DNA of 64,000 nucleotides from Myxococcota bacterium (lineage in GTDB: Bacteria > Myxococcota_A > UBA9160 > UBA6930). Positions within the stretch are counted from its first letter, which is position 1. Every line of letters starts with the position of its first letter. The notes beneath the pieces were generated by a model, which was not told the origin of the DNA, searched no databases, and saw only the letters and a program-made list of their open reading frames with translations. Below, piece by piece: positions 54,861 through 64,000 of the stretch. The stretch covers positions 2,848,001 to 2,912,000 of the forward strand of contig OZ245002.1 in assembly GCA_965223415.1 (NCBI GenBank), given 5' to 3'. A program made the translations under genes and the position numbers.

Positions 54861-56104
54861 GCCTCGGCGATCAGTTCGATGGGGTGGGCGAGGCGGACCG
54901 GGAGGCCTCGCATCCGCGCGCCGGCTTCGAGCTGGAGGAGGCAGCCCGGGTTGCCGGTGGCGATGACGTCGGGGCGGGCGGCTTCGAGGGCATCGAGCTT
55001 GCGGGCCAGGACGGCGGCGGACATCTCCGGGTGGGTGAGGTTGTAGATGCCGGCGGCGCCACAGCAGGCGCCCGGGTCGTCGTGGGGGACGAGCTCGAGC
55101 TCGGGGATCGCCTCGAGCAGCCGGCGCGGCGCGGCGGCCACGCCCTGGGCGTGGACCAGGTGGCAGGGATCGTCGTAGGCGACGCGCAGGGGCAACGGAG
55201 CCGGCGTGCCGCGCAGACCGACCTCGTCCAGGAACTCGCACACGTCGCGCACCTGGCCAGCCAGGGACACACCCTCGTCGCCGAGCCACGAGTCGGCCTC
55301 GCGCAGGGCCGCGCCGCAGCCGGCGGAATTCACGACGACGGCGGCGATCTCGCCCGCCTCGCGAAATGCGGCCACGTTCGCACGAGCCAGCTCCGCTGCG
55401 AGATTCGGCTCTCCGGCATGGGCTTGCAGCGCCCCGCAGCAGCCCTGGCCCGCCGGCACGAGCACGTCGAAGCCCTGCTGGCGGAGCACCTCGGCGGTCG
55501 CCCGGTTCACCGCGCCGAAGAATGCCGGCATGATGCAGCCCTCGAGCAGGGCGACTCGCCCGCGGCGCTCGCCTCGTGCGGGGCTCACGGCGGGCAGGCG
55601 ACGGCGCTCGGCGCCCGGCGGAATCGCGGGCAGCAGGGCCTGCATCTCGCGCAAGCGGCGGGGGAGCAGGGGCAGGACGATCCGGTCGAGTCGGAAGCGC
55701 TGGGCCACTCCCAGCGCGGCCACCAGCGCTTCGAGCACCCGCGGGCGGGGCACGACCCGTTGGAGGGCGAGCCGCTCCAGGCGCTTGGGCCAGCCGGCGC
55801 GGAGACCGGCCGCGTCCACGGCCGCCCGGGTGCGCTTGAGCAGGTGCCCGTAGGCGACGCCCGAGGGACAAGCGGTCTCGCAGGCCCGGCAGCCGAGGCA
55901 GAGGTACGCCTCCTCGGCGAGCGTGTCACCGAGCGGGATCTCGCCCTCGGCGGCGCCGCGCATCAGGTAGACGCGACCGCGGGGCGACGAGGTCTCGCGA
56001 CCGGTCTCCCGGTAGGTCGGACACGAGGAGAGGCAGAGCCCGCAGTGCACGCAATCGAGGGTGCCCGGGTGCAGGGCCTCGAGGCCGGGGCCGGCGGCGT
56101 CCAC
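54824..56104 (-). CDS. glcF: Glycolate oxidase iron-sulfur subunit
   Basis: CVHCGLCLSSCP, CLGCRACETACP, QGCCGA, YDDPCHL, ACCGAAG, NPGC. Confidence 0.88.
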   Translation of the reverse strand: MDAAGPGLEALHPGTLDCVHCGLCLSSCPTYRETGRETSSPRGRVYLMRGAAEGEIPLGDTLAEEAYLCLGCRACETACPSGVAYGHLLKRTRAAVDAAGLRAGWPKRLERLALQRVVPRPRVLEALVAALGVAQRFRLDRIVLPLLPRRLREMQALLPAIPPGAERRRLPAVSPARGERRGRVALLEGCIMPAFFGAVNRATAEVLRQQGFDVLVPAGQGCCGALQAHAGEPNLAAELARANVAAFREAGEIAAVVVNSAGCGAALREADSWLGDEGVSLAGQVRDVCEFLDEVGLRGTPAPLPLRVAYDDPCHLVHAQGVAAAPRRLLEAIPELELVPHDDPGACCGAAGIYNLTHPEMSAAVLARKLDALEAARPDVIATGNPGCLLQLEAGARMRGLPVRLAHPIELIAEAWDKGTFLSVSR

Positions 56105-56107
56105 GAC

Positions 56108-57271
56108 TCAGATCCTCCCAGCGAAGCGCCCGGGGTTCAGGAGACCCTGGGGATCGTATTGGGCCTTCACGGCCGCCTGGAGCGGGCGCAGCGCGGGGCT
56201 CTCGCTGAAGAGCGCGCGGGTGCGCCGGGTCTCGAGAGGCGCCGACTCGACCCGGTAGCCCTCGCCCACCTGCGCCGCCACGTCGAGGGCGCGCTCGTCC
56301 GGAGCCAGAGCCCAGAGCAGGCCGCGGCTCGGCTGAGCGAGCACCTGGGCGCTGGCCGCCGCCAAGGCCCGGGCGGCGCCGGACAGGGCGCTCGGCAGCA
56401 CCGCGACGCGCACGCGAAGCCCGGCCTCCCGTCCCTGCAGCTCGCGCACCCGGCCCAGGCCCGCGGGCTCGGCCGCCTCGCCGAGGGCCTCGCGATCGGC
56501 GACCACCGCCGGCTCGTCGCCGGCCAGCTCGATCAGGGCGCCGGGCTCGCCGTATCCGAGCTCCCGGGCCAGCCCGTCCGAGAGCCACGCCGCAGCCCGC
56601 ACGCTCGGGCGGCGGACGCACTCCACGACGGCACCGGGATCCGGCGCCGGCACCCAACGGAGGGCCGTGGCCTGGGGCGCGGGACACAGGCGCAGCCAGG
56701 CCCCCTCGATCACACCGAGGCTCCCGAGGGAGCCCAGGTAGAGCTTGGCCAGGTCGTAGCCGGTCACGTTCTTCACCACCCGACCGCCGCAGCGCACCCG
56801 CTCGCCGGTGGCGAGCGCGGTCTCCAGGCCGAGCACCACGTCCCGAGGGTGGCCGAAACACAGGCCCGGCGCGGCCGTGGCGAGGCAGCCGCCCAGGGTC
56901 GCGGCGGGGCTGGCGGGATCGAGGGGCAGCTCCCAGGCCCCGTCGGTGGCTTTGCGAACGTGTTCGCGGAGAGACGAAACCCGTGCTCCGGCGGGCAGAT
57001 GCGCGACGCCGTCCTCCGCATCCACCCGGAGCTCGGAGGCCAGGCCCGCGGTCTCGAGAAGCACGCGCGCCTCCGGCATCGGGTAGCCGAGACCGTCCCA
57101 GCTCCCGCCGCCCCGCACCACCGCCGGCGCCTTCGCCTCGCCCAGCACCCGGAGCGCCGCCGCCAGCTCCTCGCCCGAGCGGGGCCGCGCCCGGACATCG
57201 AGCCCCGCCTCCGCCGCCACCCCGACCCGATCGTCGCCGAGCACCCGGCGGAGCGCCTCCTCCAGGCTCAC
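56108..57271 (-). CDS. glcE: Glycolate oxidase FAD-binding subunit
   Basis: ATLGGCLAT, GGRVVKNVTGYDLAKL, GSLGSLG, YDPQGLLNPG; between glcD and glcF. Confidence 0.82.
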   Translation of the reverse strand: MSLEEALRRVLGDDRVGVAAEAGLDVRARPRSGEELAAALRVLGEAKAPAVVRGGGSWDGLGYPMPEARVLLETAGLASELRVDAEDGVAHLPAGARVSSLREHVRKATDGAWELPLDPASPAATLGGCLATAAPGLCFGHPRDVVLGLETALATGERVRCGGRVVKNVTGYDLAKLYLGSLGSLGVIEGAWLRLCPAPQATALRWVPAPDPGAVVECVRRPSVRAAAWLSDGLARELGYGEPGALIELAGDEPAVVADREALGEAAEPAGLGRVRELQGREAGLRVRVAVLPSALSGAARALAAASAQVLAQPSRGLLWALAPDERALDVAAQVGEGYRVESAPLETRRTRALFSESPALRPLQAAVKAQYDPQGLLNPGRFAGRI

Positions 57272-58701
57272 CCGAGCGGCACCTGGTCGTAGCCCCGGGC
57301 CTTCGGGTTGGCCTCGAAGCAGAAGCGGGTGGTCGGGAAGAGCTTGCCCGGGTTGCAGGTGAGGGTCGGGTCGAAGGCGGCGCGCAGCTTCTTCATCGCT
57401 TCGAGGTCGTCGTCAGAGAAGAGCAGCCGCATGTGCTCGCGCTTCTCGGTGCCGATGCCGTGCTCGCCGCTGATCACCCCGCCGGCCTCGACACACAGGC
57501 GCAGGATCTCTTCGCCGGCGGCCAGCACCCGGGCCAGCTCGTCCGCATCCCGGCGGTCGAAGGAGATGTTCGGGTGCAGGTTGCCGTCGCCGGCGTGGAA
57601 GACGTTCGAGAGCCGGATGTGGTGGCGATCGCCGATCGCGCAGACCGCCTCCAGGATCTCGGGCAGCTTCTTGCGGGGAACGACCGCGTCGTTCACGTAG
57701 AGGTCCGGCGCCAGCCGTCCCATGGCGCCGAAGGCGCCCTTGCGGGCCCGCCAGAAGCGCTGGCGCTCCTCCTCGTCCCGGGCCACCTGCACGTCCCGGG
57801 CGCCCTCGGCCAGGGCGAGCGCGCGGGTGCGCTCGGCCTGGGCGCCGACGGCCGCGGCCGGGCCGTCCAGCTCCGCGATCAGCACGGCCCCCGCGTCGGT
57901 CGGCAGGCCGGCGGCGTACACGCTGGCCTCCACCGCCTCGATCGTGCGCCGGTCGACGATCTCCATCGCCGCGGGCACGAGCCCGCTGCGGATGATCGCG
58001 CCGACCGCGCGACAGGCCGAGATCACGTCGGGGAAGATCCCGAGCAGCGTCTCGCTGCGCTCGGGGATGGGGCTCAGGCCCACCGTCGCCTCGGTGACGA
58101 CCCCCAGCGTCCCCTCGCTGCCGACCACCGGGCCGACCAGGTCGTAGCCGGAGGGGAAGCCCGTCGGCGAGCCCAGCCGCACCACCTCCCCGTCCGGGAG
58201 CACCAGCTCGAGGGCCCGCACGTGATTCGTGGTGGTGCCGTACTTCAGCGTGTGGGGCCCGCCGGAGTTCTCGGCCACGTTGCCGCCGATCGTGCAGGCC
58301 TGCTGACTCGAGGGGTCCGGCGCGTAGAAGAGCCCGTGGCACGCGATCGCTCTGGAGAGATCCGCGTTCACGACGCCAGGCTGCACGACCGCGTAGCGGT
58401 CGCCGGGCTCGACCCGGAGGATGCGGTTCATGCGCGCGCACTCGATGATCACGCCGCCGCCCAGCGCGAGGGCTCCTCCGGAGAGCCCGGTGCCGGCCCC
58501 GCGCGGCACGAACGGCACGTCGTGCCGCCGGCAAGCCTTCACCACCGCCACCACCTGTTCCGTGCGGGCGGGGAGCACCACGGCCCGCGGCCGCGCCGAG
58601 TGGTGGGTGAGCCCGTCCGCCTCGTAGGCGAAGAGCTCCTCCGGCCGGGTCAGCAGCTGGTCCGCGCCGACCGCTTCCCGAAGCTCCGCTTCGAGGGGCA
58701 T
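57268..58701 (-). CDS. glcD: Glycolate oxidase FAD-linked subunit
   Basis: PRGAGTGLSGG, APDPSS, TIGGNVAENSGG, GSEGTLG, HAGDGNLHP, SGEHGIG. Confidence 0.88.
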   Translation of the reverse strand: MPLEAELREAVGADQLLTRPEELFAYEADGLTHHSARPRAVVLPARTEQVVAVVKACRRHDVPFVPRGAGTGLSGGALALGGGVIIECARMNRILRVEPGDRYAVVQPGVVNADLSRAIACHGLFYAPDPSSQQACTIGGNVAENSGGPHTLKYGTTTNHVRALELVLPDGEVVRLGSPTGFPSGYDLVGPVVGSEGTLGVVTEATVGLSPIPERSETLLGIFPDVISACRAVGAIIRSGLVPAAMEIVDRRTIEAVEASVYAAGLPTDAGAVLIAELDGPAAAVGAQAERTRALALAEGARDVQVARDEEERQRFWRARKGAFGAMGRLAPDLYVNDAVVPRKKLPEILEAVCAIGDRHHIRLSNVFHAGDGNLHPNISFDRRDADELARVLAAGEEILRLCVEAGGVISGEHGIGTEKREHMRLLFSDDDLEAMKKLRAAFDPTLTCNPGKLFPTTRFCFEANPKARGYDQVPLG

Positions 58702-58712
58702 CCGTTCGGGGC

Positions 58713-59750
58713 CTAGGCGAGGCCGAGCCGCTCGAGGTCGTCCTCGTCGAGGCCCAGGTAGTGGCCGATCTCGTGCTTGACCGTGATCTGGATCTGCAGG
58801 GCCAGCTCGGCGCGGGTGCGGCAGACCTTCTCCAGGTTCTTCTTGAACAGGATCACCCGGTCCATGTCCTGGGCCTGGGAGGTCAGCGCCGCCTCGGTCC
58901 GCGGCACGCCGATGAAGATGCCGAGGATCTGGGGGGAAACGTTCTCGTGGGCCACCATGTCGTCGGCCGGGAAGTCCTCGATCAGACACGGCACGTTCTC
59001 GACGTACTCCCGGATCGACTTGGGAAGATCCGCCAGCGCCTCGGCGGCGACACGCTCGAACTCCTCGCGGGTCACCGCCGTCGGAAGCGGGAAGTGATCC
59101 GCGTCGAGGGCAAAGGCCTGCTGGAAGGCACGCCAGGCGTCGTCCTCGTTGCCGAGGCGCTCGAGCACGAGACCCAGGTGGTAGACGGCGTGGGCGCTCT
59201 CCGGATCGAGGGCGACGGCATGGTCGAGGTGGCGCCGGGCCTCCTGGAGCTGGCCGAGCTCGAACTCGATCTGCCCCTCGAAGGCGCGGTAGACCGCGAC
59301 GTCACCGCCGGTCTGGAGCGCGCGGCGCACCAGGAAGAGCGCGCCCTGGAGATCGTCCAGGTAGAAGAGCGACTTCGACTTGAGGTAGTAGACCTCGCCC
59401 TCGGTCGCCTTGTCCGGCCGGGGGGTCTCGTCGCTGCCGGAGAGCAGGGTGTCGCAGTGCTGGATGGCCTGCTCGAACTCGCCCATCTCCTCGATGAGCA
59501 GCTCGGCCCGGTTCAGGTGGGCGGTGACGAACTTCGGATCCGCCATGGTGGCGAGCTCGAACTGGTAGAGGGCCTCTTCGATCTTGCCCTCGTCCCACAG
59601 GATCTCGCCGCGCCCGTTGTGGGCTTCGGCGCCGCCGGGATGCGCCTTCAGGGCTTCGTCGAGCCACGCGAGCGCTTCATCGGTGCGACCGCCATGGGAA
59701 GCTTCCATGGCCTGGTCGAGGCAGTCCCAGTATCGATCCTTGTCCTTCAT
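58713..59750 (-). CDS. TPR-repeat protein fused to zincin-like metallopeptidase
   Basis: Several TPRs, then ILGIFIG...RVILFKKNL...TVKHEIGHYLGLDEDDL. Confidence 0.85.
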   Translation of the reverse strand: MKDKDRYWDCLDQAMEASHGGRTDEALAWLDEALKAHPGGAEAHNGRGEILWDEGKIEEALYQFELATMADPKFVTAHLNRAELLIEEMGEFEQAIQHCDTLLSGSDETPRPDKATEGEVYYLKSKSLFYLDDLQGALFLVRRALQTGGDVAVYRAFEGQIEFELGQLQEARRHLDHAVALDPESAHAVYHLGLVLERLGNEDDAWRAFQQAFALDADHFPLPTAVTREEFERVAAEALADLPKSIREYVENVPCLIEDFPADDMVAHENVSPQILGIFIGVPRTEAALTSQAQDMDRVILFKKNLEKVCRTRAELALQIQITVKHEIGHYLGLDEDDLERLGLA

Positions 59751-59890
59751 TTCTCTCGCCGGAGGGGTCCGCCCGAGGCCCCGAACCAGGCGCCAGCGTA
59801 GCAGACCCGACCCGCGGCCGAGGACCGGGACGTCCGTCGATAAGGCGACGTAACTATCTGGAAATGAAGGAAAAAATGAAAACCCGGTAG

Positions 59891-59927
59891 CCCGCCTGCG
59901 GGCCCCGGGAAGGGGCCCGCAGGCGGG
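59891..59927 (-). terminator. GC-rich hairpin, probable intrinsic terminator of the response regulator gene
   Basis: Perfect 16-bp stem cccgcctgcgggcccc / ggggcccgcaggcggg with 5-nt loop; U-rich tract begins ~8 nt later on the minus strand. Confidence 0.65.
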
Positions 59928-59954
59928 GCCGGTAAGGCCCCGGAAAGGCTCGCC

Positions 59955-60602
59955 CTAGGGCGCGACCAGCCCCTCGCGGATGGCGTAGCGGACCAGGGAC
60001 GACGCCTTGTGGATGTCCAGCTTCTCCATCACGCTGGCCCGGTGGCTCTCCACGGTCTTGTGGGAGACACCGAGATGGGCCGCGATCTCCTTGCTGGAGA
60101 GGCCCTCGGCGATGAGCTGCACCACCTGCCGCTCCCGGTTCGTCAGCGAGCCGGTGCCGCTGCCGCTGGAGTCGCCCGGATGGCTGATCGCGTTCACCAG
60201 GTGATGGGCGACGGAGGGCGAGAGGTAGGAGCGCCCTTCGCGCACGACCTCGATGGCCTCCATCAGCTCCTTGGACGACGCGGTCTTCACGACGTAGCCC
60301 GAGGCGCCCGCGCGAAGCGCGTCCTCCACCGCCGAGCGGTTCTCCTGGGTGGAGAGCATCAGCACCTTGGTGCGGCTGCTCGTCTCGATCGCCTTGCGGA
60401 TCACGTCGACCGTCGGCGTGCCGGGAAGCGCCTGCTCCATGATCAGGAGATCCGGCGTGAAGCGGGTGACGGCATCGATCACCGCCTCACCGCTGCCGAC
60501 TTCTCCGACCACGCGCAGATCGTTGCGCTGCTCGATCAGAAGATGCATCGCCTCCCTGACGACGCATTGATGGTCCGCCAACAGAACAGTTGTCTGAGTC
60601 AT
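59955..60602 (-). CDS. NarL/FixJ-family response regulator, atypical receiver
   Basis: VLLADH, PDLLIMEQALP, AGASGYVVK; LuxR HTH LTNRERQV...SSKEIA...TVESHR. Confidence 0.9.
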   Translation of the reverse strand: MTQTTVLLADHQCVVREAMHLLIEQRNDLRVVGEVGSGEAVIDAVTRFTPDLLIMEQALPGTPTVDVIRKAIETSSRTKVLMLSTQENRSAVEDALRAGASGYVVKTASSKELMEAIEVVREGRSYLSPSVAHHLVNAISHPGDSSGSGTGSLTNRERQVVQLIAEGLSSKEIAAHLGVSHKTVESHRASVMEKLDIHKASSLVRYAIREGLVAP

Positions 60603-61049
60603 GAGTTCCCCCCGTACCCTCACTGGGTGAAAGGGTTATCGGGTGAGGGGGCGTTCGCTGAATCGGTCGAACCTCCCAATTGCGCAGGTTTGACCGCTCC
60701 CCTGGCGACGAGATTCGTCGGAGCCCGCGGACGGTAAACACCGTTTCGCTCCCGAGGGATTCACCGCACGAGGGCCACAACCCACGGAGGCCCGAGGTCG
60801 GGGCGACTCCCCTCAGTGCAGGATCGAATGCCCCATTTCGGCGCGAGGGATCGGGTGTTCCTCCCACCCGGTGACGGGGGACACACCGCAGTCGGAGGAG
60901 AAACCCCGACGACCCGGCTCGGGTCTCCTCGCGACTCGACAGGGGGGATTCCGCGCCGAGTTGCCGCACCCGATGCCCCTGCGGGCCCCCTCGCTTGACA
61001 CCGCACGGGGCCTCGGGAAGGGTGTGGAGACCCAGAGAGGGGGAATCGC

Positions 61050-61832
61050 GTGATCCTGGAAGGCAAGACGGTGATCGTGTCGGGCGTGGGCCCCGGCCTG
61101 GGTGGGGAGGTCGCCCGGGTGGCCCATCGGGATGGCGCGAAGGTCGTCATCGGGGCTCGCAACGAGGCGCGGCTCGGGGAGACGGCCAAGCAGCTCGATC
61201 CCGCGGGCGAGCGCATCCTCGCCTGTGCGGTCGACATCACCGACGCCGAAGCCTGCGCGGCCCTCGTGGCGAAGGCCGAGGAGCGCTTCGGCGGCGTCGA
61301 CGCGGTGGTGCAGGTGGCGGCCCTCGACGCGCTCTTCGGCGATCTCTCGTCGACCAGCAACGAGGACTGGCACAACGCCCTCGAGGTGAACGTGGTGGGC
61401 ACGCTCCAGCTGATCCGCGCCGCGGTACCCGCCATGAAGAAGCGCGGCGGCGGCTCGGTGGTGCTGATCGGCTCCCAGTCCTACCGCCTCCCGCCGCCGA
61501 ACAAGCAGCTCGCCTACGCGTCGTCGAAGGGCGCGCTGATGTCCGCCATGTACCACCTGGCGGCGGAGCTCGGCCCGGACAAGATCCGCGTGAACACGGT
61601 GGTGCCCACCTGGATGTGGGGCCCGCCGGTGCAGATGTACGTCGGCTGGCAGGCGAAGGAGCGCGGCGTCTCGGAGGACGAGGTGGTTTCGGAGATCACC
61701 GCAGGCATGCCGCTGGGAGAGATCCCCGCGGACGACGACGTGGCGGAGGTGGTGGGCTTCCTGTGCTCGGACCGGGCGCGAATGGTGACGGCCCAGTCGA
61801 TCGCCGTCGACGCCGGCGAGGTGATGGGCTGA
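61050..61832 (+). CDS. SDR family oxidoreductase
   Basis: SGVGPGLG, YASSK, IRVNTVVP, VDAGE. Confidence 0.88.
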   Translation: MILEGKTVIVSGVGPGLGGEVARVAHRDGAKVVIGARNEARLGETAKQLDPAGERILACAVDITDAEACAALVAKAEERFGGVDAVVQVAALDALFGDLSSTSNEDWHNALEVNVVGTLQLIRAAVPAMKKRGGGSVVLIGSQSYRLPPPNKQLAYASSKGALMSAMYHLAAELGPDKIRVNTVVPTWMWGPPVQMYVGWQAKERGVSEDEVVSEITAGMPLGEIPADDDVAEVVGFLCSDRARMVTAQSIAVDAGEVMG

Positions 61833-61836
61833 CGCC

Positions 61837-63564
61837 TTGAGCCCGGCGCTGCTCCCCCTCGCGGCCCTCCCCGAGGCGGATCCCTTGCTGCTGCTCGCGA
61901 CCGTGCTGATCGCCGGCACGCTGCTCGGCTGGGCGGCTCAGCGGGCGGGACTGCCCGCCGTCACCGGCCAGATCGTGGCGGGCGTGGTGCTCGGCCCCTC
62001 CGTGCTCGACGTCTTCGACGAGGCCTCGGTGAGCGGCCTGGCGCCGCTCACCCACTTCGCCCTGGCGCTGATCGGCGTGACCGTGGGCGCCCATCTGAAC
62101 GTGCGCCGCCTGCGCAACGCGGGGCGCCGACTCTTCTGGCTGCTGATCGCCGAGGCCACGCTCACCCCACTGATCGTCGGCGGTCTGATCCTCGCCGTCA
62201 CCGACGCGCCGACCCACATGGCGCTCCTGCTGGCCACCCTCGCCGTATCCACGGCCCCGGCGACGGTGATCGCGCTGGTGCGCGAGACCCGCTCGAAGGG
62301 CGTGTTCGTGAAGACGCTGGTGGCGGCCGTCGCCATCAACAACATGTCCTGCATCTTCCTCTTCGAGCTGGCACGGGCCGCGGGCCGAATGATGGGCGGG
62401 GGCGGCGAGCTGATGGCCGTGCCGGCCGCCGACGTGGTGCTCGCGAGCCTCTCCCAGATCGGACAGGCGGTGATCATCGGAGCGGGCATGGCGGCGCTGA
62501 ACCACGTGTTCACGTTGCGGGTGCTGCGCTCCGAGCGCCTCACCACGCTCTCGGTCGTGACGCTGCTCCTCACCTTCGGCCTGGCCAGCTACGCGGGGGT
62601 CTCGCCGCTGGCCGCGTGTCTCTCGTTGGGCGTGGTACAGACGAACCTGAGCCCGTCGCGGGATCGGCTGGTCGACGCGGTCTTCGCCGATTTCGAGCCG
62701 GTGATCCTGTGTGTCTTCTTCACGCTGGCGGGCCTGCACCTCTCGGTCGAGCAGGCGGCGGCCGGCGGCCTGATCGCGCTGCTCTTCCTGGTGGGTCGCT
62801 CCGCGGGTAAGCTCGCCTCCGCCGGCGTCGCCATGCGCCTGGCCGGTGCCACCGCGCGGGTGCGCCGCAACCTGGGCCTCGCGCTCCTCCCCCAGGCCGG
62901 CGTCGCCGTCGGCCTCGTCATCCTGATCCAGAACGATCCGGCCTTCGCGGCCGTCGAAGAGCTCTTCACCGCCATCGTGCTCACCGCCGTCACCGTGAAC
63001 GAGATCGTGGGCCCGCTCACGACCCGCGTCGCCCTCGGCCGCTCCGGCGAGATCGGCCAGGACCGCGCGCGCCTGGTCGATTTCCTCCAGGAGGAGAACA
63101 TCGTCACCGGCCTGCGCGCCCGCTCGATGGAGGACGCCATCCAGCAGATGGTCGACCTGCTGATCTCCTCCCATCACCTCACGGGCGTGGACCGGGACGA
63201 GCTGCTCGTCAGCGTGATGGAGCGCGAGGCCGAAGTCTCGACCTGCCTGGGGGAGGGCCTGGCCGTGCCCCACGGCATGCTGCCGGAAGGCCACGGCATG
63301 CTCGGGGTGATGGGCCTCTCTGCGGCGGGCCTGCCCTTGCCCACGCCCGACGGGCTCCCGGTGCACTGCGTCGTGCTGCTCGCCACGCCGGCCGGCGAAC
63401 GCGACCGCCACCTCGAAGTGCTCGCCGCCCTGGCCCGCACGCTCGGCAGCGACCCGGTGATGCGCCAGCAGCTCTACTTCGTCGACACCCCGGCCCACGC
63501 CTGCGAGATCCTGCACGGCGAGGACACGGAGGCCTTCAACTACTTCCTGGGGGAGGAGGACTAG
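61837..63564 (+). CDS. Cation:proton antiporter fused to PTS EIIA domain
   Basis: Multiple TMs with STAPA, FFTLAG, LLPQAGVAVGL; C-terminal EREAEVST...GLAVPHG...HLEVLAAL. Confidence 0.85.
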   Translation: MSPALLPLAALPEADPLLLLATVLIAGTLLGWAAQRAGLPAVTGQIVAGVVLGPSVLDVFDEASVSGLAPLTHFALALIGVTVGAHLNVRRLRNAGRRLFWLLIAEATLTPLIVGGLILAVTDAPTHMALLLATLAVSTAPATVIALVRETRSKGVFVKTLVAAVAINNMSCIFLFELARAAGRMMGGGGELMAVPAADVVLASLSQIGQAVIIGAGMAALNHVFTLRVLRSERLTTLSVVTLLLTFGLASYAGVSPLAACLSLGVVQTNLSPSRDRLVDAVFADFEPVILCVFFTLAGLHLSVEQAAAGGLIALLFLVGRSAGKLASAGVAMRLAGATARVRRNLGLALLPQAGVAVGLVILIQNDPAFAAVEELFTAIVLTAVTVNEIVGPLTTRVALGRSGEIGQDRARLVDFLQEENIVTGLRARSMEDAIQQMVDLLISSHHLTGVDRDELLVSVMEREAEVSTCLGEGLAVPHGMLPEGHGMLGVMGLSAAGLPLPTPDGLPVHCVVLLATPAGERDRHLEVLAALARTLGSDPVMRQQLYFVDTPAHACEILHGEDTEAFNYFLGEED

Positions 63565-63989
63565 CGAGCGGCCTGACGCAGGCGCTCCATCTCCTCCCAG
63601 CCGATGTAGTGGGTGAGCCCGGAATCGTCGAAGAAGAGGACCGGACCGTCGCACAGGAAGAGGTACTCGGTCTCCTCGAGCGCCGTCGTCTTCTCGTGGA
63701 TCATGCCGTTGGCCTCGTACACGTAGTCGCCGGCCTCGAGCACCCCGTCACGCACCTGCAGCTTCCCGCGCAGCACGAAGGTGTGGGCCGCGCTCAGGTG
63801 CTTGTGGGCATCCGCCACGTAGCCCTTGCCCCACTTGAAGAGCGCCGCCCAACGGCCCGTCTCCGCGCCGGTCCACAGCACCTTGATCCAGGCGTTCTCC
63901 CCGGTCGGGAACCAGGGCAGCTCGGCGCCCCGGGCGATCGAGTCCATGACTTCCGGGTTGACCGGTGCGAGGTCTTGCATGGGGGGCAT
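63561..63989 (-). CDS. Cupin protein (2,4'-dihydroxyacetophenone dioxygenase/ChrR-like)
   Basis: HKHLSAAHTFVLRG, GDYVYEANGMIHE; AGAGGA RBS. Confidence 0.8.
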   Translation of the reverse strand: MPPMQDLAPVNPEVMDSIARGAELPWFPTGENAWIKVLWTGAETGRWAALFKWGKGYVADAHKHLSAAHTFVLRGKLQVRDGVLEAGDYVYEANGMIHEKTTALEETEYLFLCDGPVLFFDDSGLTHYIGWEEMERLRQAAR

Positions 63990-64000
63990 GGCGGTCCTCT

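Noticed and set aside
59830..59885. AT-rich patch as a dif or IHF site
   Set aside because: No XerD arm (TTATGTTAAAT) and only a weak IHF match; partly explained by the terminator U-tract
1..64000. tRNA, rRNA, riboswitch, prophage or integrase genes
   Set aside because: None recognised by eye; a covariance-model scan would be needed to exclude small RNAs

Overview
Gene-dense, very GC-rich (roughly 70% by eye) chromosomal window from a diderm bacterium. LpxL-like acyltransferase, Pal and a PEP-CTERM protein support the diderm call; a Myxococcota/deltaproteobacterial affinity is only a guess. I can support 55 CDSs and see no rRNA, tRNA or CRISPR array. Main blocks: (1) secreted polysaccharide/envelope genes (1-7.2 kb); (2) folB, argD, map; (3) an 11.6 kb translationally coupled lipid-biosynthesis operon (FabI/L-like reductase, FabH, FabG, FabZ, FabF, atypical ACP, PlsC-like acyltransferase, PPTase and a 1862-aa single-chain carboxylase with eukaryotic ACC domain order), with no FabD; (4) DnaQ-DinG, ThDP enzyme, Pal, GGT, ThiI and an ECF sigma/anti-sigma module; (5) an intact IS630 element inserted in the sppA stop codon; (6) a Cys-less thiolase-fold/OB-fold fusion, cimA-like synthase plus two unknown lipoproteins, glcDEF, an Asp-to-Glu atypical response regulator and a CPA2-PTS EIIA fusion. 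A recurring non-coding signal is a set of palindromes and duplications anchored on stop codons at convergent gene junctions, two of which now encode protein C-termini. Several genes look leaderless. All calls come from motif recognition; no searches were run, and many starts were moved from the ORF track to better-supported codons.
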